Shown here piece by piece: positions 50,258-61,680 of a stretch of DNA of 64,000 bases (the stretch's first letter is position 1; every line of letters begins with the position of its first letter). The DNA lies in assembly GCF_964213995.1 (NCBI RefSeq), contig NC_135825.1, forward strand, positions 12,710,001 to 12,774,000. The letters are read 5' to 3'. The position numbers and the translations under genes are program-made. This stretch comes from Mustelus asterias (taxonomy: Eukaryota). The notes below the pieces were generated by a model. It saw only the letters and a list, made by a program, of their open reading frames with translations. It was not told where the DNA came from and did no database searches.

Positions 50258-51780
50258 AATCACAGAATCACAGAATTGTTAGGGTGCAGAAGGAGGCCAT
50301 TTGGCCCATCATGTCTGCACTGGCTCTCCAGACGAGCATCATGACTTTGTCCCATTCCCCTTCCATTTCACTGTATCCCTGCAGATTGTTTCTGTTCAAA
50401 TAACCATCTAATGCTTCCCTGAACACCTCAATTGAACCTGCCTCCACCACACTTCCAGGCAGTGCTTCCCAGATCCGAACCACTAGTTGTGTGAAAAAGA
50501 CTTTTCCCACATCACGTCTGCTTCTTTTGAATCTGTGCCCTCGCGTTCTTGATTCTTTTACGAGTTTCTCCCTGTCTACTCTGCCCAGCCCCCTCATGAT
50601 TTTGAACATCTCTAACAAATCACTTAACCTTCTTCTCTCCAAGGAAAACAGTCCCAACCTCTCCAATCTATCCTCAGAACTGAAGTTTCTCATCCCTGGA
50701 ACTATTATTAACTCTTCTGAACTCCAATGCATTCACATCCTTCCTATAGCGTCGTGCCCGGAACTGTGCACAATATTCTAGATGAAGTCTACCTCGTGTC
50801 TTGTGTAAATTCAGTGTAACTTTCTTGCTCTTGTACTCTGTGCCCCTATTAATAAAGCCCAGAATACTATATGCATCTTTAATTGTTCTTGCCACCTCTC
50901 CAGCCACCTTCAATGATCTTTGCACAGATATACCAAGATCCCTCTGCTCCTGCAACCACTTAAGAATTTTACTCCTTATTTTAGAATTCTCTCTGCAAGT
51001 CCTTCCTACCAAAATACATCACCTCACACATCTCTGCATTGAACTTCATCTGCCACCTATCTGCCCACTCCACCAACTTGTCTATGTCCATTTGGAGTTC
51101 AACACCGTCCTCTTCACAGATTGCAATATTTTCAACTTTTGTGTCATTCTCAAATTTTGAAACAGTTCCCTGCGCACCCAGATCTGGATCATTAACATCT
51201 CTCAGGAAAAGCAAGGTCCCCTCGGTAAAACCATCCTCCAAACCAAAACATATCCATTGACCCTAACTCTCTGCTTCCTATAGTTCAGCCAATTTTGTAT
51301 CCACATTGCTACTGTCCCTTTTATTCCATGAGATATTGTTTATGACAAGTCTATTGTGCGGCACTGTATCGAATGCCTTCTGAAAGCCCATATACACCAC
51401 ATCAACAGCATCACAACCCTTTCTGTTACCTCCTCAAAAAACTCCAGCAAGTTAGTTAAACATGGTTTCCCCTTTAGATATCCACGCTGGCCCAGTATTC
51501 TCCATTATTCCATGTGACGCCTAGTTCTATCCACCGAATAATTGTTCCTGGAAGCCTGCCCAATACTGATGTTAGACTGATTGGTTTGTAATTGCTGGGG
51601 CTTATCCTTACAATCCTTTTCGAAGAAGCAAGCGACATTTGTAATTGTCCAGTCCTCTGGCACCTCCCCTCAGTCTAGAGGAGCCTGGAAGATTATGATC
51701 AGCGTCCCTGCAATTTCCATCCTCACTTCCCTCAATATCCTTGGATGTATCGCACTCGGTCCCAGTGTTTTGTCATTTAA
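50258..51780 (-). mobile_element. CR1-like LINE, 5'-truncated and decayed
   Basis: SKFENDTKV, EWADRWQMKFNAEMC, LEYCAQF and GLFSLERRRL motifs. Confidence 0.88.
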
Positions 51781-52137
51781 ATAATCTGAGCGAGGCCAGT
51801 TTTCCATCTCCCTGTGTTTACAGTGGTAATTGAGTGCCGTTCAATGGCTGCAGAGTGCAGATCGGTCCCGAGTCTATTGACTGACAATCAGAGTGGATCC
51901 AGTTGGTTTTATACACCCCGCTGCTCCTTCCCTCTTGGGCGAGCCTCTACTCATGTAATCGAGGATCTCATACTCAACGAGGTCACGAGGAGATCTATTG
52001 ATGATTTCGGACTGTGGGAGGAAACCAGAGCACCCGGAGGAAACCCACGCAGACACGGGGAAAATGTGCAGACTCCACACAGACAGTGACCCAAGCCGGG
52101 AATTGAACGCGTTTCACTGGCGCAGTGAGGCAGCAAT

Positions 52138-52245
52138 GCAAAGATAGCGCGGCTAACGTGCAATACCTGCACAGAGAGAATTCACCCACCAGAAACACTC
52201 AGTACAATGGAGTTAATTGTTCTCTTGATTCTGATGTCCATAATA
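52138..52245 (+). pseudogene. Orphan copy D of the 5'UTR/leader exon (MELIVLLILMST*), lacking its splice donor
   Basis: Matches 37525-37625; fused directly to the Gypsy relic. Confidence 0.8.
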
Positions 52246-53053
52246 ATTCACTAACCCCAGGAAGGGTGTCAGTTTCATGAGGTTCCTTGGAGTTGCCGCC
52301 TACTTGATGGCCCACACGTTGTTTTCCACCGGATGAAGGCCCTGCCATCCACCCAATGGTCTAGATAGTTATTCCTGTATTCTTCTTGGTTCCCAGCTGT
52401 ATTTTCCTCCTGACACCTGTCAAAAGCACATTTTGGGTCCGATTTTACCATTGCGTTGCACCCGTTTTTGGGTGCAAAAGCTTGGTAAAGTTGGGCGTGA
52501 GGCGAATAATGTGATTCCCACCTGCATCCGCGCCGATTCCCCCTTTACCAAGGCCCGAAAATGGCCGCGATCGGCATCGCACCTGAAACGGGCGCAACAG
52601 CGATTTAAATGTATTTGCATGCATTTAAATTGAATTAATGAGCTGCCCGCCCAACGTTACCAGCACTTCCCCCCTTTACCACCGCGTTGGCCAATCCCAA
52701 ATCGGCGTGAAACAGACATGCTCAATATAAGTCCGATTCGGGCACTTCATCAGTGAGGCTTGGCGAGGAGGTAAGTGCATGGCATCCGAGACTCTCTGTT
52801 GCTCATGGGTGTCCTGTTGTTGTGGCCATTTTCTGTCTTATGTCGGTGGCGGCTCTATGAATGTGTGGGAGGGTGGGGGGTTGTTTCTCTGCAGGGTCTC
52901 CGATGTTTCTCTTGCAGCAGGGACCCAGGTCTCAGCACTGACCGTGGGTCTTGCGGTGCTGCTGGGTCCTAGTGCACTCAGCTCATTGCCAGCTGAAGGA
53001 TGTACACAGAGCCCTTGCAAATTGCACTGCTGCAGCCTCTCAACTTTATCAGG

Positions 53054-53603
53054 AGCTGTGATTGTGGGGAGCGTGTGGCTAGGGGGAATTCGGAGGGCTG
53101 TGATTGTGGGGAGCGTGTGGCTGGGGGAATTCGGAGGGCTGTGATTGTGGGGAGCGTGTGGCTAGGGGAATTGGGGGGGCTGTGATTGTGGGGAGCGTGT
53201 GGCTGGGGGAATTGGGGGAGCTGTGATTGTGGGGAGCGTGTGGCTGGGGGAATTGGGGGGCTGTGATTGTGGGGAGCGTGTGGCTGGGGGAATTGGGGGG
53301 CTGTGATTGTGGGGAGCGTGTGGCTGGGGTAATTGGGGGGGCTGTGATTGTGGGGAGCGTGTGGCTGGGGTAATTGGGGGGCTGTGATTGTGGGGAGTGT
53401 GTGGCTGGGGTAATTGGGGGGGCTATGATTGTGGGGAGTGTGTGGCTGGGGTAATTGGGGGGGCTATGATTGTGGGGAGCATGTGGCTGGGGGATTTTGG
53501 GGGGCTGTGATTGTGGGGAGCGTGCAGCTGGGGGAATTCGGGGGGCTGTGATAGTGGGGAGCGTGTGGCTGGGGGAATTGGGGGATGGGGGGTGTGATTG
53601 TGG
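53054..53603. repeat. G-rich minisatellite, ~40-bp unit GGGCTGTGATTGTGGGGAGCGTGTGGCTGGGGGAATT, ~14 copies
   Basis: Seen directly. Confidence 0.95.
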
Positions 53604-53863
53604 ATGTGCTAGGAGCAAGCAGCATTGCATAACCTTCACATCTGTTCCTCTCCACCTCCCCATNNNNNNNNNNNNNNNNNNNNNNNNNNNNNNNNNNNNN
53701 NNNNNNNNNNNNNNNNNNNNNNNNNNNNNNNNNNNNNNNNNNNNNNNNNNNNNNNNNNNNNNNNNNNNNNNNNNNNNNNNNNNNNNNNNNNNNNNNNNNN
53801 NNNNNNNNNNNNNNNNNNNNNNNNNNNNNNNNNNNNNNNNNNNNNNNNNNNNNNNNNNNNNNN

Positions 53864-54734
53864 CCAGGCCGCGAGCGCAGATGTCTGTGGCATCTCCCAA
53901 TCTGCCGTGCACACCAGTGTGAGGCAGGTGACTGAAGCCCTGTATGCCCGGGCTGGGCAGTACATCAAATTTAACCTGGACCAGGCCCATCAGGAAGCCT
54001 GGGCTGCGGGGTTTGCTGCCATTGCCGGGATGTCGAACGAGCAGTGGGCGATCGACTGCTCACACGTTGCCCTCAAGGCTCCCCTACAGAATCCACAAAG
54101 ATTTGTTAATAGGGAGGCGTTCCACTCCTTGAATGTTCAGCTAGTGTGTGACCATAACATGACCCCCATCATGCACGTCTACACCAGACATCCAGGCAGC
54201 GGGCATGACAGCTTCATTGTCAGGAGCTCGGACATCCTGGAGGCATTTGAGGAGGAGCCCAGGCTGTGGGGGTGGCTCGTGGGTGATATGGGTTACCCGC
54301 TTCGGACATGGCTGATGATGCCTGTGCGGAGGCCTGTGTCTGAGGTGGAGACCCGCTACAATGAGGCCCATGTAGCCACCCACGCGACAGTGGAAAGGTG
54401 CATTGGGCTCCTCAAGGTGCGATTCCGGTGCCTGGACTGATATGGAGGGAACCTCCAGTGCGGCCCCCTGATCTCCTGCCACATAGTGGTCGTGCGCTGT
54501 GCCTTGCACAATCTGGCTTTGCAGCGAGGTGACCTCTTGGAGGAGGAGGGGGACGTGGAGGATGACCAGCCGGCCGTCACTCGAGAGGATGACCAGCAGG
54601 AGGGGGAGGAAAAGGAGGAAGAGGAGGAAGAGCACTCCCTGGAACACCAGCCAGGCGGTGGAGGGCTAACAGCTCAAATGAGGCATGAGAGGGCAGCAAG
54701 GGAGGCCCCGATAACCAGGCGGTTCAGTCGCTAG
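53864..54734 (+). pseudogene. Harbinger DDE transposase (HARBI1-like family), 5' part in the gap, premature stop at 54438-54440
   Basis: AIDCSHV, HSLNVQLVCD, PGSGHDS, LVGDMGYP, VERCIGLLKVRFRCL and CALHN motifs. Confidence 0.92.
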
Positions 54735-55329
54735 GGGATGGTGTCTGTGGGTTCCATTCTCCCCTCCCCCCTCCCCCCAATGCCTTCTATATACCCTGCA
54801 CATTGTCACACCAGAATGGTGGGCCTGGGTACGCTGTGTTAGCAAGTTTTTTGGCAGGCAGGAGGGTGATGACGACTCACTAAGCACCATTATGATGATG
54901 CCCTGGTGCAAACTAGTCTGACTCCTACCTGAGGTCCTACGCTGGCACGTGGGCCCATGTCTGTGTTGTGAGTAAGGGATCTGAAACCCCCATACAGGGC
55001 CCTGGGGCGGGTGGGTTGGGGGACGGGAGGGAATCGCTCGTGGGGTCTGTGAAACCAATGGCTTCCTTTTCTCAGTGACACAGCATTGAGGGGCCTCCCC
55101 AACGGACAGCGTGAGGCATCCGTCAGGTGATCATCAATGGGGCAGGAATCATAATCGAGACAGATTAGTCACAGGTGGGTGTTGAAAAAACATTTATTTA
55201 CAATAAAGGTGTTTAGATCAGCTGTTGTAACATAAAAACTTGTGAATGGAAAATGTTAAGGTGCTTACATATCTTACTAACTAATGCAGCCCTTCACCCG
55301 TGCCATCTCAGTGCAACTACAACTTCCTA

Positions 55330-58070
55330 ACATTACGTGGCTTACCACTACGCCTCAGTGTCTCTCCAGAATGTACATCAGAGGTGGAGGGCGCCAACTG
55401 CCTACCTCGCCCTGTGGCCTGTGATGCACGTGGCGGACGTCCTCTGGAGGCCCTGGACCTTGAGGGCCCTGACCTGCTTCCAAGTGTCTGGGATATTTCA
55501 TGACACCCTCTTCATCTCGCTGCCCCTGAGATGCCCCCGTGTCAGGAAGGGGGGAGTCAGAACCTGTTGCCAAAGCCACAGTCTCCTGCATGGACGACGC
55601 TGGCATGGGCTCGAGCCCTTCCTCCTCCTTTGGGGTTCCTGTTGGCCCCTGGGTCACTCCATGGGACAGTGGTGCTTCTGCAGTGAGCTCCAGAAGCTCA
55701 GGCGTCACCTAGCACTGCCAGTCCTGGAGGACCACCTGCGTCCTACCCATGGTGGTCAACCCCTCTGCGATGGCCACTTGAGTCTGGGGCCATCTCTCAA
55801 TGGCCATAGCGAGTGCCCTCTGAGACTGGGCCATGCTCTGCAAGCCCTCAGCCGTGGCCCTCTGAGACTGGGCCACGTAATCAAGAGTTGATGTCATAGC
55901 GCACTGTGTCTCAGTGCTGTCCCACTGGGTCTCCTGCAAACTCTCGAGCCTCTCAGACATGGGCCACAGAATCTCGAGAAGCCTGTTCGGTCCCTCCGCT
56001 GTGGCCTGCTGTGACTCGGCCATCGCTTGGAGCCTGCCACCCATGGTGAGGATCCCCTGCCTCAGGCTTTCCACTGCAGGCGCCACCTTGCAGTGTTGGC
56101 CTGGGAAGCACGCAAGACAGGCAATAGCTGGTCCACCTGAAAGTTTTGGGACTCCTCCCAGCAGCCTCGTAGTCGGTCCAGTGTGGCCGTCAGCCCCTCC
56201 TGCATTCCCTGGCTCTGTTGCTGCATCTCCAGCAGCTGAGGGAGAAGTGATCTCAGAGGCCCAGCATGTCGCCTGGGGCCAGTTGAGCCCTCACCTCCGG
56301 CAGGCCCACACATGCCAGAGGCCTCAGAAATTTCCTCCTCCATCCGATGTACATCAGCAGGTGTGTCATGCTCACCAGAGAGTGAGCCAGAAGCCTCAAC
56401 ACTAACTGGATCCACCGATGTGTCAGTATCTGGGACGGTGAGTTGTGAGGTGGCAGCTGACGGATAGACGGTGCCACCCTCAGAGGTCCCTTCACCCAGA
56501 TCCTCCGAGCACTTGTCCGAGCTGTCTTGATCAGCATGGGCAGGAGCTGCAGCAGGGGCTTGCGGTCCGAAGGCCGTGGGGTGTTCGGATCTGTCCCTGC
56601 AACACAGGACACAAGGTTAAGTGCAAGGGAGGAGAGGAATCCGGGATGCCAAACACATGATTCACATTTCTCCATTGAACATGGAACAAAACACCAACAA
56701 ATTATATCACATGAACAGGCCCTTCGGCTCTCCAAGCCTGTAGGGACCAGGCGGCCCATCTGATTTGCTCGCCCCTACCCTTCCGGGGGCCATATTGGGG
56801 AGGTGATGGCCTAGTGGTATTATCACTAGACTATTAATCCAAAAACTCTGCTAATGTTCTGGGGACCTGGGTTCGAATCCCGCCACGGCAGATGGTGGAA
56901 TCTAAATTCAATTTTATGGGCGGCACGGTAGCACAGTGGTTAGCACTGCTGCTTCACAGCTCCAGGGACCTGGGTTCGATTCCCGGCTTGGGTCACTGTC
57001 TGTGTGGAGTTTGCACATTCTCCTCGTGTCTGCGTGGGTTTCCTCCGGGTGCTCCGGTTTCCTCCCACAGTCCAAAGATGTGCGGGTTAGGTTGATTGGC
57101 CATGCTAAACATTGCCCTTAGTGTCCTGAGATGCGTAGGTTAGAGGGATTAGTGGATAAATATGTAGGGATATGAGAGTAGGGCCTGGGTGGGATTGTGG
57201 TCGGTGCAGACTCGATGGGCCGAATGGCCTCTTTCTGTACTGTAGGGTTTCTATGATTTCTATGATTTCTATGATCCCTCTATTCCCATCCCATTCACGG
57301 AGCTGTAGAGATGCCCCTTAAAGGCCACTATCGTATCTGCATCCACCACCTTCTTCAGCAGTGAGTTCCAGGCACCCACTACTCTCTCTGTGCAAATAAA
57401 CCCCGTACATCTCCTTTAAACCTTGCCCCTCGCAGCCGAAACTCATGCCCCTGAGAAGCTGCCTCAAAGTGAGTGGAGGAATGACAGATGCTCACGTCTG
57501 GACAGCAGCCCGACCATGCAGTCGCTGGCAGCCCACAGCTCCCCTTCTCTGGAGAGCTCCAGTGCCTGCTCCTCAAAGTGGGTGAAGACCCGGAGGTCTG
57601 GCTCACCAGCCCCTCTCTGCGCCCTCTCACGGGTGTTATGGTCGGTCTTCTTCTGTGGAGACAGAAGGAGCCATGAAAGAAATGATAGCATGACTCCAGC
57701 CCTTAGAGGGCCAACACAGCGGGGCTCATTGGGGAGGAAGGAAGGAGGTGTATGGGGATCAGGAGCTGGAAGCGTGCAGGGTGTTGGGAATGGGAGGATC
57801 TGGGGGAGATATGAGGGAACATGCAAAATGGGGTTCAGCACTCACCCTTGCTGCACGGATGAGGTCATTGAGTTTCTTCTGGCACTATTTCGTGGTTCGG
57901 GGGGGCCAGTGCCCTGGCACTGACTGAGGCGGCGACTTCCTCCCAGGCCGCATTTCCAACAGCCCCCCTGAGTCTGCGTCCTCCTGCGGGGACGAGGGTG
58001 TTCTGCCTCACCTCTGCTGCATCCAGCAGCCTCCCAGGTCACCCTCAGATAATCGGGAAGCTCATTTTCT
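55330..58070 (-). pseudogene. Harbinger Myb/SANT-like DNA-binding gene, spliced and frameshifted
   Basis: Minus-strand translation of ~57845-58040 gives LLDAAEVRQNTL...AWEEVAASVSA...CQKKLNDLIRAAR|gtgag. The next exon (ctccacag|KKTDHNTRER...EEQALEL) is at ~57650. Coiled-coil pieces lie at 55355-56600. Confidence 0.8.
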
Positions 58071-59422
58071 CCCTGCACTGCCTGCCTGCCTGTCCATCCT
58101 TGAGTTTTTTATGGAGCTGCCCCTCATTAGGGCAGATCAGCTGCAGGCAGTTCGGCAGAGCATTCCGGCAAGTTCCACGCAGTTTGCTTGTTAGCATTGA
58201 GGGGAAGGCAAGTGAGCACTTGCAGGTGTGCTGCTGGGGAGGGGGGGGTGGGTGATGGATCAGTGCCTCAATGCGTGGGGACAGGGGAGAGAGAGGGAGG
58301 TGCCACACAGCCATCGGAGTCCGGAGGAGATGGGGGCCTAGTGTGGCAGGGTCCAGGGTGGGGGAGAGGGTGCTCACTCTGCCTGAGATATGTAGGGTGG
58401 AGGGGGGAGGATGGATCTCTCAGCCTGAGTTCAGTGAGGGAGAAGAGGGTGTCCGCTGTCAGTCTGCCTGAGATCAGTGGAGGGGAAGGGGGGAGGGGGC
58501 TGCGATCGGTCTGGGTGGCGGGGGGGGGTGGCGGTGGGGGGATAAGTGGGTCTATAATGTTATGGGGGTGGGGCCATGTCTGTGGGGGCCGGGGGGAGGC
58601 CCGGGCGCAATGTGGCACTTTTCAATTTATTTTACTGCGCATGCGCAGCTGAAGGATCCAATCGGAGCAGCAGCGTTTCGGGCGGGATAAGCCCCGCCCA
58701 CAGCGCGATTCGGACTCGCGACTTTTTTTTTTCAGGCTAAGTGCGTACGGGGGCGCCTGAGAACAGGGTTTACAAGTCGGATCTGAATTACGCTCAGATT
58801 CAGCACTTAGAATCAAAAGGGTAAAATTGCCCCCTTTGTCTTCCTTCTCTCAATATCATCAAAATTTCGATCTCAGCTTCTAAACAATCTTCACAGACCA
58901 CAAGGGGTTTCTTCTGGGAGATGAGGTGGCGATGGACAGTGATTCGGGGACAATTTTGATTAGACAGTTATTTTGTTGCTAAGGAAAAAATACCTCCTTA
59001 GTTTCCATGTTTCCGTTGTCATGGTGATTGATGAAAATAGAAGTTTTGGTCAATGTGTGAATAAGCCTGTAGAAGTGTTAATGTGTAAGGAGAGAATAAA
59101 ATTGGATTGCACGGGAACACCGGGTTGGTCCAGTCCTGCTGAACGTCCACGGACTTTCTCCTGGCCCTCCACATCCCCGGGGGGCAGGGCCCAGCACGGC
59201 GGGACTGGAAAACAACCCAAGTGGAGTTGAGGAGCGTGGATGCAGATTCTGCAGTTGGCCTCTAACCACATCTACATTGTTCAAGAGGAACTGGCCGATG
59301 TGACAGAAATATAAAGAAGGAAATGACATACACAACTGAGGAAACTACCCGGTTGAAAGATAGCACGGCTGAAGTACAATATCTGGACAGAGAGAATTCA
59401 CCCGCCAGAAACACTCAGAACA

Positions 59423-59462
59423 ATGGAGTTAATCGCTCTCTTGATTCTAATGTCTGTATCAA
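59423..59462 (+). CDS. Gene E exon 1, signal peptide (MELIALLILMSVS); rest presumably beyond the window
   Basis: Intact ATG and A|gtaagt donor; paralog of 37592-37631. Confidence 0.8.
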
Positions 59463-60999
59463 GTAAGTCTATTAAATGTTTTTCATTGATTTTTAATATT
59501 CATAGAAAGTATTTTTGGCAATCTGAGATGATGAAGACCAGAAACAGCGACTGACCCAGGCACCAGTTGGTGTGAGCTAAAGATGAAGCACTTACGGTTT
59601 TGCAGATTGTGGCTGTTGTTGTGAAAGCTGTCTGCTGCTCCGGTATCTTCAGAAGATGGTGGCGTAGGGGTAACGTTTTGGGCTAGTAATCAGGCTAATG
59701 CTCTGGGGGCTTGGGTTCAAATCCCACTGTCACGGCTGGTGGAATGTAAAATTCAGTTAATTTATTGGGTGGCACGGTGGTTAGCACTGCTGCCTCAGCG
59801 CGGCGGGACCCAAGTTGATTCCTGGCCTCGGGTCGATATCTGTGTGGAGTTTGCACATTCTCCCCATGTCTGCATGGTTTTCCTCCGGGTGCTCCAGTTT
59901 CCTCCAACATTCCAGAGATGTGTGGGTTACGCTGATTGGCCATGCTCAATTGACCCCTTAAGGTCAGGGGGACGAGCAGGGTAAATATGTGGGTTTGCAG
60001 GAATAGTTCCTGGGTGGGATCATGGTCAGTGCAGACTCGATGGGCAGAATAGCCACCTTCTGCACTGTGGGGCTTCTGTGACATTCTATGACAATCAGTC
60101 TTTGCCTCTTTCTGTGCTTTGCCTCTGCATTCTGTCTCTATCTGCCTCGTCACAGCTCTGTCCTCCCCGAAACACCAGCTCCTCATCAACGACAAGGAAC
60201 TAACTGGGTTTTTCTTTCCATTTGTCTCACACAAGCCCTGTTGTGTCGCACCTCGACCTGAGGGAAAACTCTCAAGGAGATTCACATGGTGCAGATTGCA
60301 GAAGAATCGAGAACCTGGAACACATTTGTGCCTTAAAAGGCAAACTGTCAAATATTATTCTTTAGAACAAAAATACATTTGGAGAACAAAACTCACAATC
60401 AGTTATTTCATTTCCGCAAAAATGAATTGTGTCTGAATAGACTGAGCACTTTCATTGTTTCTTTGTGTACTTTTTTTACCCAGTTTCTGAAGCTCAAAAT
60501 GATCTTTTTTGTTAAGCAATTGTAGTATGTCTTTACTCGTAATTATTTGAACACATTTCTCAACAGGGCGGCACTGTGGCGCAGCGGTTAACTCTGCTGC
60601 CTCACAGCGCCAGAGACACGGGTTCGATTCCCGGCTTGGGTCACTGCCTGTGTGGAGTTTGCACATTCTCCCCATGTCTGCGTGGGTTTTCTCCGGGGGC
60701 TCCAGCTTCCTCCCACTCTCCAAAGATGTGCAGGTTAAATGGATTGGCCATGCTAAATTGCCCCTTAGTGTCAGGGGGTCTAGCTAGGGGAAATGCATGG
60801 GGTTATGGGGATAGGGCTTGGGTGGGATTGTGGTTGGTGCAGACTCGATGGGCCGAGTGGCCTCCTTCTGCACTGTAGGACTCGGTGATTATGATAATAC
60901 CAGCTCAAAGCCAACAATTCTTCTCCTCGAGCTGTTCACGTCACCCTGCAACCTCTCTGACAACTTTTCCCATTGACTTTGTTATGAACCTCTCGATGC

Positions 61000-61680
61000 T
61001 GCTCCCATGCCCACATGTCTGTCCTTGGCCTGCTGCGATGTTCCAGTGAAGCTCAACGCAAACTGGAGGAACAGCATCTCATCTTCCAGCTCCCCACATT
61101 ACAGCCTTCCGGTCTCAACATCAAATTCAACAACTTCAGATGATTAGCTCTACCCCACCTCGATTCCTTTCTTTTCATTCTATTTTATTTAATTTTTTAC
61201 TGTTCTCCACCTTTTATTTCTTTATTGTCTTTCTTCATTTTTCTTCCCCCCCCCCCATTCTATCTCCCCCTACTTTATCCCTCTTCCCTTCCCTTTTCTC
61301 CCCCTTTGCTTCTCCTTTTCTAAATCTTACCTCTGTCCCATCCATTTTCCTCCCCCCTCACCCCACCCCCACAGCCACCGCCCCCCCCCCCCCCCCCCCG
61401 CCCCACCACCACCCCGCCCCGCCCTCACATCTTCATTTTGGCTTCTCTGCCGTTTGGCCATTCACATCCTTTATTCTCTCTGTGGACAGCCATTAGCAGC
61501 CTTTCCCCTGGTTTCTGTGGCTATGACTCATCTTTCATTCCCTCACCCTGCACTATAAATATCTCCCACTTTCTCTGCCTTTTAGCTTTGACAAAGGGTC
61601 GTCTGGACTCGAAACGTCAGCTCTTTTCTCTCCTGACAGATGCTGCCACACCGGCTGAGGTTTTCTAGCATTTCCTCTTT
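61000..61680 (+). mobile_element. Penelope-like element 3' end (GIY-YIG C-terminus RKLEEQHLIFQLPTLQPSGLNIKFNNFR*) with hammerhead at 61584-61622
   Basis: Peptide read from ~61010-61143; AGCT|TTGACAA-A-GGGTC..GACTC-GAAAC-GTC|AGCT. Confidence 0.8.

Larger units (their letters stand above)
52435..58834. mobile_element. Full-length PIF/Harbinger DNA transposon (~6.4 kb), decayed
   Basis: TIRs GGGTCCGATTTTACC / GGTAAAATTGCCCCC and TTT TSD. Empty site (acacTTTgtcttcc) at ~37003 in the paralog. Contains transposase and Myb/SANT genes. Confidence 0.92.

Noticed and set aside
53054-53603. CRISPR-like array
   Set aside because: Contiguous tandem units without unique spacers, in a vertebrate context.
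53864-54734. Domesticated host gene HARBI1
   Set aside because: It lies between TIRs with a TSD and a visible empty site, has a premature stop and is partnered with a decayed Myb gene, so it is a transposon copy.
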